Made by a program: the position numbers and the translations under genes. 46,346 nucleotides of DNA from Candidatus Krumholzibacteriota bacterium (lineage in GTDB: Bacteria > Krumholzibacteriota > Krumholzibacteriia > LZORAL124-64-63): positions 1 through 46,346 of the forward strand of contig JBDLKA010000019.1 of NCBI GenBank assembly GCA_039714075.1, in the 5' to 3' direction. The notes under the pieces are model-generated. The model was not told where the DNA came from. It worked only from the letters and a program-made list of their open reading frames with translations, and searched no databases. Position 1 is the first letter of the stretch, and every line of letters starts with the position of its first letter. Below are positions 25,001-32,786 of this stretch, piece by piece.

Positions 25001-25632
25001 TCCTCGGGCAGGACCCGGCCCTCGATATGCAGCCGGCCGCCGGACATGAAGCGGTAGTACTCCGAAAGTCCCTGCAGATGGGCTTCGAAATAAGCCTTGT
25101 TCCGGGGCGGCGGATCCACTTCCAGGGGTTGGGGATCGGCCAGGGGTTCCAGAACGAAGTCGCCGCTCGGGTCGATCGTGGTCAGGTGGGGGTCGCGGTT
25201 GGTCTCGAAACCGATCCGGATGATCAGCACCCGCAAGGTGTCGTCGACCGCCTGGGCGCCCGCGGCGGATTTGTCCAGCAAAGCCTCGCCCAGGCCCCGG
25301 GAACGCAAGCGGTCCCGGCTCCTGGTGGACATATGCTGTTTCCCCACCAGATGGTGAATGATGTTCCAGCGGCGGGAATATTCACCCTGGCGCCGGAGTT
25401 CCCTTTCGATCCGCTGTGGTCCGTCGGGCAGGGCGCGGATCTCGTCCGTGGTCCAGCGCCGGGCCGGAATGTTTTCGTACCGTCCCGCTTGCTCCACGGC
25501 AAGGCACGGGACCGCACCGGCCGCAAGGATCGTCACGAGCACGAACACCGCGACCAGCGAATGATCGGCGAACACGAACCGGATCAGCCGGTCTCTGATG
25601 GATTTTCCAGGCTGCAAGGCCTTTCTCCTCAA
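22033..25632 (-). CDS. Secreted M6 (immune inhibitor A-like) metalloprotease with FG-GAP-like repeats and T9SS C-terminal sorting domain
   Basis: Signal peptide. IFVHAG, zinc motif HEFGHALGLPD, WDLMDSG, WNKWFLGW, FLLENR, LLVWHV. Repeats ADVDGDGNDDLV and ADATGDGVNEI. CTD LYPNPV...IYNLEGE...ASGLYLARL...TLAVEK. Confidence 0.88.
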   Translation of the reverse strand: MRRKALQPGKSIRDRLIRFVFADHSLVAVFVLVTILAAGAVPCLAVEQAGRYENIPARRWTTDEIRALPDGPQRIERELRRQGEYSRRWNIIHHLVGKQHMSTRSRDRLRSRGLGEALLDKSAAGAQAVDDTLRVLIIRIGFETNRDPHLTTIDPSGDFVLEPLADPQPLEVDPPPRNKAYFEAHLQGLSEYYRFMSGGRLHIEGRVLPEENDASYKLTDVADYGPGADDFWTLESLERLVQDMMVKADQETQADGSVNLAEYGDSNDFGYVIFVHAGSDWQSDINGDSPNDIPTFFVTLGEPIDLIGTDPEGQPGKLSECSIIPETTNQDDFPGSIAAAFYHEFGHALGLPDVYSTSTGLPSVGIWDLMDSGTNLPVTMGTITAENDTFIISATGVLPPSLSAWNKWFLGWLEMGELDGREGDYLLPAVGVPRDQYWLYDQVGDFNPDYPQAYRAGLSPREWFLLENRWVPFDVGETPFDDIRFERDETTGVVLYLAGQRLEEWDNSGLYDYFMPPGGLLVWHVNADRIEEQLPDNTINSFNDGLKLVEADGIQDIGVLEAYVLGWYGSHRDPFGGFDLNGNPTGYETLHVEGFPSSRNFDRSWSGLSLSEIGPRTVFSSSVMKFKGDLGAVGRGFPHELPPIGEFESLGSGGERETLPRAIDPESLTPVTLYGAQQQALIFAEAAPENWSGGDYRAALFHVWANGFRGGWPDVPGKPEGSGAFQSLGAPLSGSPFVRDRADDGVDLVWGTTDGKVGVTYLPEYEAPAATEPFKVGENLAGGPVPLVWRTDTRRILCPVDPDSLYVLNESGNAVLGSLRITTLGSGLQVATPIPGTDGTDMVPVISRGGWHLVRQLEDGLGSLPAFHPFVREALELPCRTAVVAVAGGHQLHVFDSAGELGCWRIQPDGAVADAGTVLGVVEPLVTDPAVADVDGDGNDDLVLATAKRILAFRPDGVALRGFPVRFYDLFPLPDMTRIAGPIVVADATGDGVNEIHFNTDGGHLVGLDATGRLLPQMPLRWGDRKTGALAVGGPDDGRVLWLVSPGGYTGPPLERQFVNGRLAAYHLLNAAPEDSRTSEWRGPGGGSYRRGSAGTANSLGAAAPIAAETDRVILYPNPVVSDEVTVRFYSAGSRAAHIWIYNLEGESVAQAEIPVTPGSINEFMLPIPGIASGLYLARLEYDAGSGVEIRTLTLAVEK

Positions 25633-25658
25633 TCAGGGGTTAGGTTTGGCAGCCTAAA

Positions 25659-26693
25659 TCAAAAACGGTAGCCGAAGGACAGCCTGCTGACCTTGGGCAA
25701 TCCCCGGGCCTGCGGCACCGAGGCGAAGTCGAAGGTGATCGCCTGGCCGACCCAGCGGTCCATGTCCACGCCGAACCCGAAGGTCGTGTCGCGGATATCG
25801 CCGTAGGCGGCGCTCTTGTAACCGAACCTCACGTACAGGGAGCGCAAGTAGTTCCACTCGACACCGTACCCGAATTCCTCCTGGGCGGTGTCCAGTCCGA
25901 AACCGTAGTCCTCCTGGTCGTTGTCCCACTTGTAGAGCGGCGCCAGATAGTCCGCAACCACCAGAAGCCCCATGAACTCGCTGTGGTACAGGCTGAAGGC
26001 GATTCCCAGGGTGGCCTTGCGCGGCATGGGATCGCTCTGGTCGGCATCCACGTGCTTGATATCCGGACCCAGGTTGGCGACGGCCAGGCCGATATTCGAA
26101 CGCAGGGAAGGGACCTTCCACAGCAGACCCACGTCCACCCCGAAGCTGTCGCCGCTGCCGCCGCCCTGGGGATCCTGGATCATCGAATCGTCGGACAGCT
26201 TGTCCCGGAAATATTTGACACCCAGACCCACACCGATGTTGCGCGTGACACGGACCCCGTAGTTCGCCCCGAAGGCAAACATGTAGGAGCTGAAAAGGCC
26301 TTTGGGATCACCGTTTTCGTCGGTGGCCTGCTGGTCCCCCATGTCCAGGTAGTTGAAATAGGCACCGATCGCCCCGGTGGAACCCATGGGGGCCGCGTAC
26401 CCGAGCCAGGTTAGGCCGATGTCGTCAGCCAGGCCTTCAGCGAGGCGGGAATACATGACGTGCACGTCATGATCCTTGGGCCGCTGCGGCAGGAAGGCGA
26501 GTCCGCCGGGGTTCCACCACATGGACGTCGCATCCTGGGACAGGGCCGTGCCCGCTTCCCCGAGGGCGTTGTAACGGGCGCCGACCGGGAAACTGAGGTT
26601 GATGGCCCCGGCGCCGGAACCGGCCAAAGCCGCACCGGCCATGCCCATGACGAGAACCGCCAACAGGGCGGCCACCACAAAGATCCTTCTCAT
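25659..26693 (-). CDS. porV: PorV/PorQ-family T9SS outer-membrane beta-barrel
   Basis: Signal peptide. LSFPVGARYNALGEAGTA...MWWNPGGLA (FadL/PorV N-terminus), DVGLLW, NLGP, terminal SFGYRF. Directly downstream of the porU-like gene. GGAGG RBS. Confidence 0.85.
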   Translation of the reverse strand: MRRIFVVAALLAVLVMGMAGAALAGSGAGAINLSFPVGARYNALGEAGTALSQDATSMWWNPGGLAFLPQRPKDHDVHVMYSRLAEGLADDIGLTWLGYAAPMGSTGAIGAYFNYLDMGDQQATDENGDPKGLFSSYMFAFGANYGVRVTRNIGVGLGVKYFRDKLSDDSMIQDPQGGGSGDSFGVDVGLLWKVPSLRSNIGLAVANLGPDIKHVDADQSDPMPRKATLGIAFSLYHSEFMGLLVVADYLAPLYKWDNDQEDYGFGLDTAQEEFGYGVEWNYLRSLYVRFGYKSAAYGDIRDTTFGFGVDMDRWVGQAITFDFASVPQARGLPKVSRLSFGYRF

Positions 26694-26753
26694 TTCCGAA
26701 TACCTCCGGTTTTGTTGACGCCGCCGGCCCGAAGAAGCCCCGCGGCGGCGGTA

Positions 26754-29700
26754 CTACCGCATGATGACGAGCTTGCCCGTCCTGGTTATATCCCTGCCCT
26801 GGCTTCCACCGCCAAGGCCTCTCAAAACAAACAGATAGGTACCATTGGCGATTTCATCGCCATGGTTGTCGCGGCCGTCCCACTCGAGAATGCGGGGACC
26901 CGCCTGGGAAAATTGCCGCCGCAGGGTTTTCAGCCTGTTTCCCGCCAGGGTATAGATCTCCCACTGGACCTCCATCGGGTCGCTGAGTTCGAATATCAAT
27001 CGGCAGGGTCCGGCAGTCGGGTTAGGGAAAAGGGTGATCCGGTCGATTTCCGGAACCAGCGCCGGAACCACCTCGAAACTGAGCGTATCGGTACCCACGT
27101 TGCCCAGGGCGTCGCTGGCGTACAGGGACACCAGGTGGAGTCCCATTTTGAGATCGCCCGGCAGGGGGATGGACACCCGCCCCTGCACGTAGCTGTTGGC
27201 ATCGTACGCGAAAGACCCGGTGACATCGGTCATGAACCCCGATTTGTCGAATTCCATCAGCAGCGAGTTGCCCGGCGTGGTTCCCAGGATGGAGATGCCG
27301 CTGGTGTCGGCCAGGGTCGCATTGAGGAGGGTGCCCGGGGATACCTTGAACCGGTTGTCCTCGAAGGCCAGGCCGATCTCGGGCCCGGTGACGTCATCGC
27401 TTGGACCGGTCGCCGAAACCACCGCCGGAACGTACTGCACGGCCGCGTGCATATCGTCCGGACTGCCGACCAGGGTGCGCAGACGGGCATCCTCGCCGTA
27501 CCTGATCTTGGTCGGGACCTTGAAGTCGACCTTCAGGTCCCCCGCCCCCGCCACGCCCGTGCCGATGAAGACCGGCGAGCCCGCGGCGACATACGTGTTC
27601 CAGCGGGGAACCTTGACCGACCCGCCACCCGCGATCGAGCTGTCCCGCAGGGAATTAATGTAGCCCTGATCAAATCTCGCGTCTTGAGCCAGAAGATCGT
27701 AGTTGTCCCCGGGGCCGTACAGGAACTTGCTTCCGGCGGCACCCACGACGACCGATTGCAGGGCGCCCGCCTTCAGCGTATCGAGGCTGGCGGCGGCGTA
27801 GACCAGGTCGTCCTCCGGATTGGGCAGCCGCAGACCGGGATCCCCGAAGAAATTGTAACGCTGCGAATTGGACCGACTGATGACGTATGTGTTTTTCGCC
27901 AGCATCAGCGCCTCGGCTGGGGTGACTGTCGCCAGGACATGGCGATCCGGATAGAGGTTCGAGAAAAAGGCGTTGGACAGATGTTCGTTCGGGGTGATGA
28001 AACTGACCTGGCTGGCACAAATGGCGCCGATGCCGCCCCCGTTCCCGGCCAGGACGAACTGCTCGGCCATGGACAACCGGCTGGTGCTGTCGAAGACCCC
28101 CACGTCGCAACTGAAGGCGATGAAGACCGGACGCTTCATGCCGTTGGTCAGGTTCGTGATATCGCTGGACTGGAAGATCTGTTCGTCCGCAAGGTTGTCC
28201 TCCGCGCCGTGACCCACGTAATAGTAGATGGTGGCGCCCCGGCTCAATTCATTGTTGATATCCCCCCGCATGGCGGGTTTGACCCGGGACGAAGGAGGAA
28301 AATCGTAGGCCACCCCGTACACTTTCTGCACATCGAGGGAGACAGGCAGCAGGTTGTTGCTGAGAACCTCGGCCTGGACCGTATGTTGATCCTCTCCCAA
28401 AACAGGGTCGGGCCAGGTGCTGAACTTCACACAATCGTCCGCGGTGAACAGGACCCGGTTGCGCCACAGCCCTTCCTCCGGCGAACGTGAGTACCGGATG
28501 GCCCGATCCACCAGGTCCCGGGCTTCGCCCAGGGAGCTCGCGGGAAGACGGCCACAGGCAAGATCCGGAAGGTCGGGAGAAACCCAGGTGCCCGATTCGA
28601 ACGAAACCAGCCCGTCATCCGTCGCATAGGCCATATCGCCATAGGAGGAAGGAATAACCGGGTAATTCGTGCGCAAAACCGTGGGCAGGAAATCAAAGAG
28701 TTCAAACGCGGGATCGGGATCCCTGTAGTGGCGGAAATCCCGGCTGGTGTTGCCCAGGAAGCAGACGAACCGCAGGCGGTGCCCGCCCTGCTCGAACACA
28801 TGCTTCAGGTAATTGCGGATCGCGTGGACGTCCTTCTGGCCACCTGAAAAATTGTCGTAGATGTCGTTGGCCGAAACATGGGTCGCACGGGGCGAAGCCA
28901 CTCCCGGCAGATTGGTGGAATGGAAATCCGCCAGATCGCGGGCGGGGTCTTCGAACTGGCCCGCATGGACAACGATGTAGTCCCAATCCACGGGGTTGCT
29001 GCGCAGGGAGACGGGGTTGGTGCGCCGTCCCGAATCCACATTCAGCAGGTCGCCGGGCACCGCGGCCACGAAATGGCGGTCTGTCTCCGGTTCCCGGACG
29101 AAACCGTAGGTGAAGATCGCCGGGGCTTCGGTGTCCGCTGTTCCCGTATAGGCCGTGGCCGCAGCGGGGTCGGAAACCTCCCACATCAGGGGGGTGACGC
29201 CCGCCGGCGCGGTGAGTTGCAGATCCACCGCCGTACCGGGCACCGCCACGTGTTCCCCCCAGTGGGCGAATTCCAGCTGTCCCGGCCGGTCGGTCAGGTC
29301 CAGACCCGCCCAATAGAATATGTCGTAACTGTCCAGGGCCAGCGCCAGGGTGGTCGCACCCGCGTTGTTGTTGATGTTCTTGAGGGTGATGCGATTCAGC
29401 CCGGCTGTGACCGACTGGGAATCGCCGATGATCCGCAGGCGCAGGGAATCGTTCTGCGCGGACCTGTTGAAGGTAACGGTCCCCTGATTGGCCTGGTCGT
29501 CATTCAGCCAGCCGGCCGCTTCAAACACGTAGGACCAGGTCGTCCGCGGATAAACACCCGCCAGATCGATTACGAAACGTGCGCTCGACCCGGGCACGGG
29601 CGTCCGCAGCGTAAAGGATTCGGGACGAGACGAGGTGATTGTGTTGTCCCAGGCCCAGTTGTCTTCGAAATACCCGGCGGTGTCCCGGACCTGACGTTCC

Positions 29701-31229
29701 TGGTGCAGACGCAACAGGGCGTCCGGTACGGCTTCGCCTCCGGTGGGCACGGCCTCGACGGCCGGCACCCTGCGGGGGGCGCCGGGTAGGGGCGACGGCG
29801 TGGCCGCCGCCTCCCAGGTCAACCAATAGGTCGCATGGCCGGCGAAGGGATGATCGTAGTGGGCGTCCCTTCCCGCTTCGGGATCCAGCCGGTCGGTCCA
29901 GGCGCTGGTCGGAACACCGTAGAAGCGGATTTCATCGTCCAGGTTCCACTCACCGTCGCCGCCGTCCCGGACTTCGATGGCCACTTCGTTCAATTCCACA
30001 CGTTCGCTCTGGAGGGAATCGGGCAGGCCCGCATCCGCGGCCAGGGCCAGGCCGCCGCCCCGGTAGAGGCGCAGCTTGTCGGGATCGATATCGCTGGTGG
30101 TAACTCCGTAAATGAGCAGTTGCTGTCCCGTCAGCCGGTACAGGCCGCTGCGGGAGACATCGAGTTTGACCCAGTGCGCCGTCAGGGCGAAAGGATCAAA
30201 AGCCTGGGCCTTGGCAACGTTTCGACGGGCCAGGGCGGCCTGGCGGCCACCCCGGGCCAGGGCCCGGAACAATTCGGCATTCAGGAGGCCGGCCGGAACG
30301 ACTTCGTTCCAGCGATCCTCCTGGCCGGAGGCTTCGAAATCACGGGCCAGGTTCAATTGCCGGCGTTGGGCGGCGCTGGACGGGTGGCTGATTTCCACGG
30401 TGATGCCGGCCAGGACACCGCCCTTGACTCCGAGGGAAACCATCCCGCCCACGAGGGGCACGGACCGGTGGACCGCGGGGTCCCCCATCGTCACCAGGTC
30501 GCCTTCGACCAGGGCCTCGCGCGGTTCGCGCCACCATGTGACGTCGAACACCCTGGCGAAAACCGGCTGCCGCGTGGGCACGGCCAGGGACAGGCTGAGA
30601 CCGGGAGGCAACAGGCGCGGATTCTCGGAAAATTCATCTTCCACGCGCCGGGGCAGGGCCCACTTCAGATCTTCATCGGCAAGGGACTGCCAGTCGGCCG
30701 GAGACTTCAGGACGGGGAAATCGATCCGCACCACCGATTGCTCGGAGCTGGACGAAAGGAGACGGACACGGGGCGTCCCCATTTCCGCGGACTGCCCGAC
30801 CGGCTCGGCGGCCATGGCTGCGGCCGGCGAGACCACGGACAGGACGACGAAACAGCCGACAAAAATCGCCACCTGCCAGACCAGGGTTTTCGGACCCAAC
30901 TCGCGTCCGTGCGGCAGAAGGCCGGTGTGGGTGGGAAACAGGAATCGATCGCGGCCCATCCGGCCGAGTTTTTGAAATAGATTTTCCAAATCGGGAATCA
31001 TGCCGAATACTCCTCCGACCACGGCCGGCCAACTGGAAAAAGGCATCAATAACAGAATGACAAGGCTTGCCAGGCCGCCCCCCAATTCCAGCCGCCAATC
31101 GGGATGGTCGTAATGGGGAACGACATCCAGCACGGCGTGGGAAGCCAGGCCCGCCGCCGCGCCCAGGTAGACGTTGCCCGTCACACCGCCCGCCAGGGCA
31201 CCCGCAGCGAAATGGGTGAACAGGCACAT
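26754..31229 (-). CDS. porU: PorU-like C25 (gingipain-family) T9SS sortase with N-terminally fused ~140-aa membrane His/Asp hydrolase-like domain
   Basis: AAGGAG RBS before ATG 31229. WVKLDVSRSGLYRL, IYDNFSGG, CGRLP, WRNRVLFTADD, catalytic dyad YVGHG...FSCDVG, FFGDP, D..GP.I, CTD/FlgD-Ig LFPNP...WDGRD...ANGTYLF...KLVIMR. Confidence 0.85.
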   Translation of the reverse strand: MCLFTHFAAGALAGGVTGNVYLGAAAGLASHAVLDVVPHYDHPDWRLELGGGLASLVILLLMPFSSWPAVVGGVFGMIPDLENLFQKLGRMGRDRFLFPTHTGLLPHGRELGPKTLVWQVAIFVGCFVVLSVVSPAAAMAAEPVGQSAEMGTPRVRLLSSSSEQSVVRIDFPVLKSPADWQSLADEDLKWALPRRVEDEFSENPRLLPPGLSLSLAVPTRQPVFARVFDVTWWREPREALVEGDLVTMGDPAVHRSVPLVGGMVSLGVKGGVLAGITVEISHPSSAAQRRQLNLARDFEASGQEDRWNEVVPAGLLNAELFRALARGGRQAALARRNVAKAQAFDPFALTAHWVKLDVSRSGLYRLTGQQLLIYGVTTSDIDPDKLRLYRGGGLALAADAGLPDSLQSERVELNEVAIEVRDGGDGEWNLDDEIRFYGVPTSAWTDRLDPEAGRDAHYDHPFAGHATYWLTWEAAATPSPLPGAPRRVPAVEAVPTGGEAVPDALLRLHQERQVRDTAGYFEDNWAWDNTITSSRPESFTLRTPVPGSSARFVIDLAGVYPRTTWSYVFEAAGWLNDDQANQGTVTFNRSAQNDSLRLRIIGDSQSVTAGLNRITLKNINNNAGATTLALALDSYDIFYWAGLDLTDRPGQLEFAHWGEHVAVPGTAVDLQLTAPAGVTPLMWEVSDPAAATAYTGTADTEAPAIFTYGFVREPETDRHFVAAVPGDLLNVDSGRRTNPVSLRSNPVDWDYIVVHAGQFEDPARDLADFHSTNLPGVASPRATHVSANDIYDNFSGGQKDVHAIRNYLKHVFEQGGHRLRFVCFLGNTSRDFRHYRDPDPAFELFDFLPTVLRTNYPVIPSSYGDMAYATDDGLVSFESGTWVSPDLPDLACGRLPASSLGEARDLVDRAIRYSRSPEEGLWRNRVLFTADDCVKFSTWPDPVLGEDQHTVQAEVLSNNLLPVSLDVQKVYGVAYDFPPSSRVKPAMRGDINNELSRGATIYYYVGHGAEDNLADEQIFQSSDITNLTNGMKRPVFIAFSCDVGVFDSTSRLSMAEQFVLAGNGGGIGAICASQVSFITPNEHLSNAFFSNLYPDRHVLATVTPAEALMLAKNTYVISRSNSQRYNFFGDPGLRLPNPEDDLVYAAASLDTLKAGALQSVVVGAAGSKFLYGPGDNYDLLAQDARFDQGYINSLRDSSIAGGGSVKVPRWNTYVAAGSPVFIGTGVAGAGDLKVDFKVPTKIRYGEDARLRTLVGSPDDMHAAVQYVPAVVSATGPSDDVTGPEIGLAFEDNRFKVSPGTLLNATLADTSGISILGTTPGNSLLMEFDKSGFMTDVTGSFAYDANSYVQGRVSIPLPGDLKMGLHLVSLYASDALGNVGTDTLSFEVVPALVPEIDRITLFPNPTAGPCRLIFELSDPMEVQWEIYTLAGNRLKTLRRQFSQAGPRILEWDGRDNHGDEIANGTYLFVLRGLGGGSQGRDITRTGKLVIMR

Positions 31230-31236
31230 GGGCGCC

Positions 31237-31425
31237 CTACTCCTTGTCTTCGCCGGAGGTGGAAATCTTTTCGGCTTCTTCGGGAAGCATGATGGGGATG
31301 TTTCCATCTACCCGATAGCGCACCGAGCAGGCTTGGCAATAGAGCCAGGTGTGTTCGTCGTCGGGCGTCACGGAACCGCGGCACACGGGACAGGCCAGGA
31401 TCGCAAGCAACTTCGGGTCGAGCAT
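31237..31425 (-). CDS. Trm112/YcaR-family small zinc-ribbon protein
   Basis: LDPKLLAILACPVCRG...LYCQAC...YRVDGNIPIMLPEEA. CAGGAGG RBS. Confidence 0.9.
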   Translation of the reverse strand: MLDPKLLAILACPVCRGSVTPDDEHTWLYCQACSVRYRVDGNIPIMLPEEAEKISTSGEDKE

Positions 31426-31463
31426 CAACCGCCTCCTGAGGGGATTGCCAGCATTACGACACT

Positions 31464-31485
31464 ATTCGGGCGCTAATTCGGGCGC
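31464..31485. repeat. 10-bp direct repeat just downstream of the -10 element
   Basis: ATTCGGGCGC at 31464-31473 and 31476-31485. Confidence 0.6.
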
Positions 31486-31486
31486 C

Positions 31487-31514
31487 ATTGTAATACGTCC
31501 GGGAAAGGTTGCAA
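31487..31514 (-). promoter_or_regulatory. Proximal sigma70-like promoter of the Trm112-porU-porV operon
   Basis: TTGCAA-N16-TACAAT on the minus strand. Confidence 0.5.
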
Positions 31515-31615
31515 ACAGACCATCGCTGTCGGGCAAAGAAATACCGGCCCCATCGCCTGGCATGACCGGGTCGGCTTAGGTGAGAATACGGGTTGTCGAA
31601 GAGGTTGGCATGAGG

Positions 31616-31644
31616 ATAGTACAACATTTCCACCCCCAAGTCAA
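31616..31644 (-). promoter_or_regulatory. Distal sigma70-like promoter upstream of the Trm112-porU operon
   Basis: TTGACT-N17-TACTAT on the minus strand. Confidence 0.6.
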
Positions 31645-31679
31645 CCCTGCGAGCATCCCTCCAAGCATTCCGCCAGAGC

Positions 31680-32660
31680 TCAACCCTTGCCGGATTCCTC
31701 GAAAACGCCGATATCCAGGAATTTCTGCAGCCTGTGGTCGAGCAGTTCCTGCGTGGGGAATTTCTCGAGTTCGGCCAGGGTGTCGAGGATGACCTTCTTG
31801 ATTTCCAGGCTCATGCCCTGGTGATCCCGGTGGGCACCCCCCACGGGTTCATTGATGATGAGATCCACGACCCCCAGCTTCACGGCGTCGGCAGCGGTCA
31901 GCTTCATGTTCTTGGCCGCTTCCTTGCTTTTGGCGCCGTCGCGCCAGAGGATCGCGGCGCAGCCTTCGGGGCTGATCACCGAATAGATGGAATTTTCCAG
32001 CATGAAGATGCGGTCGCCCACGCCCAGGGCCAGAGCGCCGCCGCTGCCGCCCTCGCCGGTGACGATGCAGATGATGGGCACCGGCATGTCGGCCATCTCG
32101 CGCAGGTTGCGGGCAATGGCCTCGGCCTGGCCTCTCTCTTCGGCACCCACACCGGGATAGGCGCCCGGAGTGTCGATGAAAGTCACGATCGGCCGTTCGA
32201 AGCGCACCGCCATTTCCATCAGGCGCAGGGCCTTGCGATAACCCTCGGGGTGGGCCATGCCGAAATTCCGGCGGATGTTGCTCTTGGTGTCCCGGCCCTT
32301 CTGGTGTCCGAGAATCATGAGTTGCCGGTCACCCAGGGTGGCCATGCCCGCGACGATGGCCTCGTCGTCCCGGAACATCCGGTCGCCGTGCAGCTCCACG
32401 AAATCGTCGAATATGTAGTGGATGTAGTCGTTGGTCGTGGGCCTGCGGGGATGACGGGCCAACTGCACCCGCTGCCACGGCTCGAGCTTGGCGAAAATCT
32501 CCTTGCCCAGCTTGCTGGCCTTGGCCCGCAGACGCTCCACGTCTTCGGCCACATCCACGCCGCGGACCGAGGCGGAATCCTGCAGGGTCTGGATCCGTTC
32601 CTCCAACTCCACGATGGGCATTTCGAAATCCAGCCAGAGTCCTTTTTTCTTCCAATCCAT
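31680..32660 (-). CDS. accA: Acetyl-CoA carboxylase carboxyltransferase alpha subunit
   Basis: LDFEMPI, WQRVQLARHPRRP, ELHGDR, NFGMAHPEGYRKALR, IDTPGAYPG, GEGGSGGA, YSVISPEGCAAILW. Confidence 0.97.
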   Translation of the reverse strand: MDWKKKGLWLDFEMPIVELEERIQTLQDSASVRGVDVAEDVERLRAKASKLGKEIFAKLEPWQRVQLARHPRRPTTNDYIHYIFDDFVELHGDRMFRDDEAIVAGMATLGDRQLMILGHQKGRDTKSNIRRNFGMAHPEGYRKALRLMEMAVRFERPIVTFIDTPGAYPGVGAEERGQAEAIARNLREMADMPVPIICIVTGEGGSGGALALGVGDRIFMLENSIYSVISPEGCAAILWRDGAKSKEAAKNMKLTAADAVKLGVVDLIINEPVGGAHRDHQGMSLEIKKVILDTLAELEKFPTQELLDHRLQKFLDIGVFEESGKG

Positions 32661-32786
32661 CTGGTTGCCTTTCAGCGGCCGGCAGGCCATTTCTGCGCAC
32701 GGTCCGTCCGGCGCGGAACCCTTACGGGGATGTGGGATTTAGGCACTTCGACCCTTCGGTGTCAAGATTTATGGGACCCGGCCCCA

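Noticed and set aside
31230..31307. Track start of the porU ORF at 31307
   Set aside because: It overlaps the Trm112-like gene. ATG 31229 has an AAGGAG RBS and begins the motif-bearing domain.
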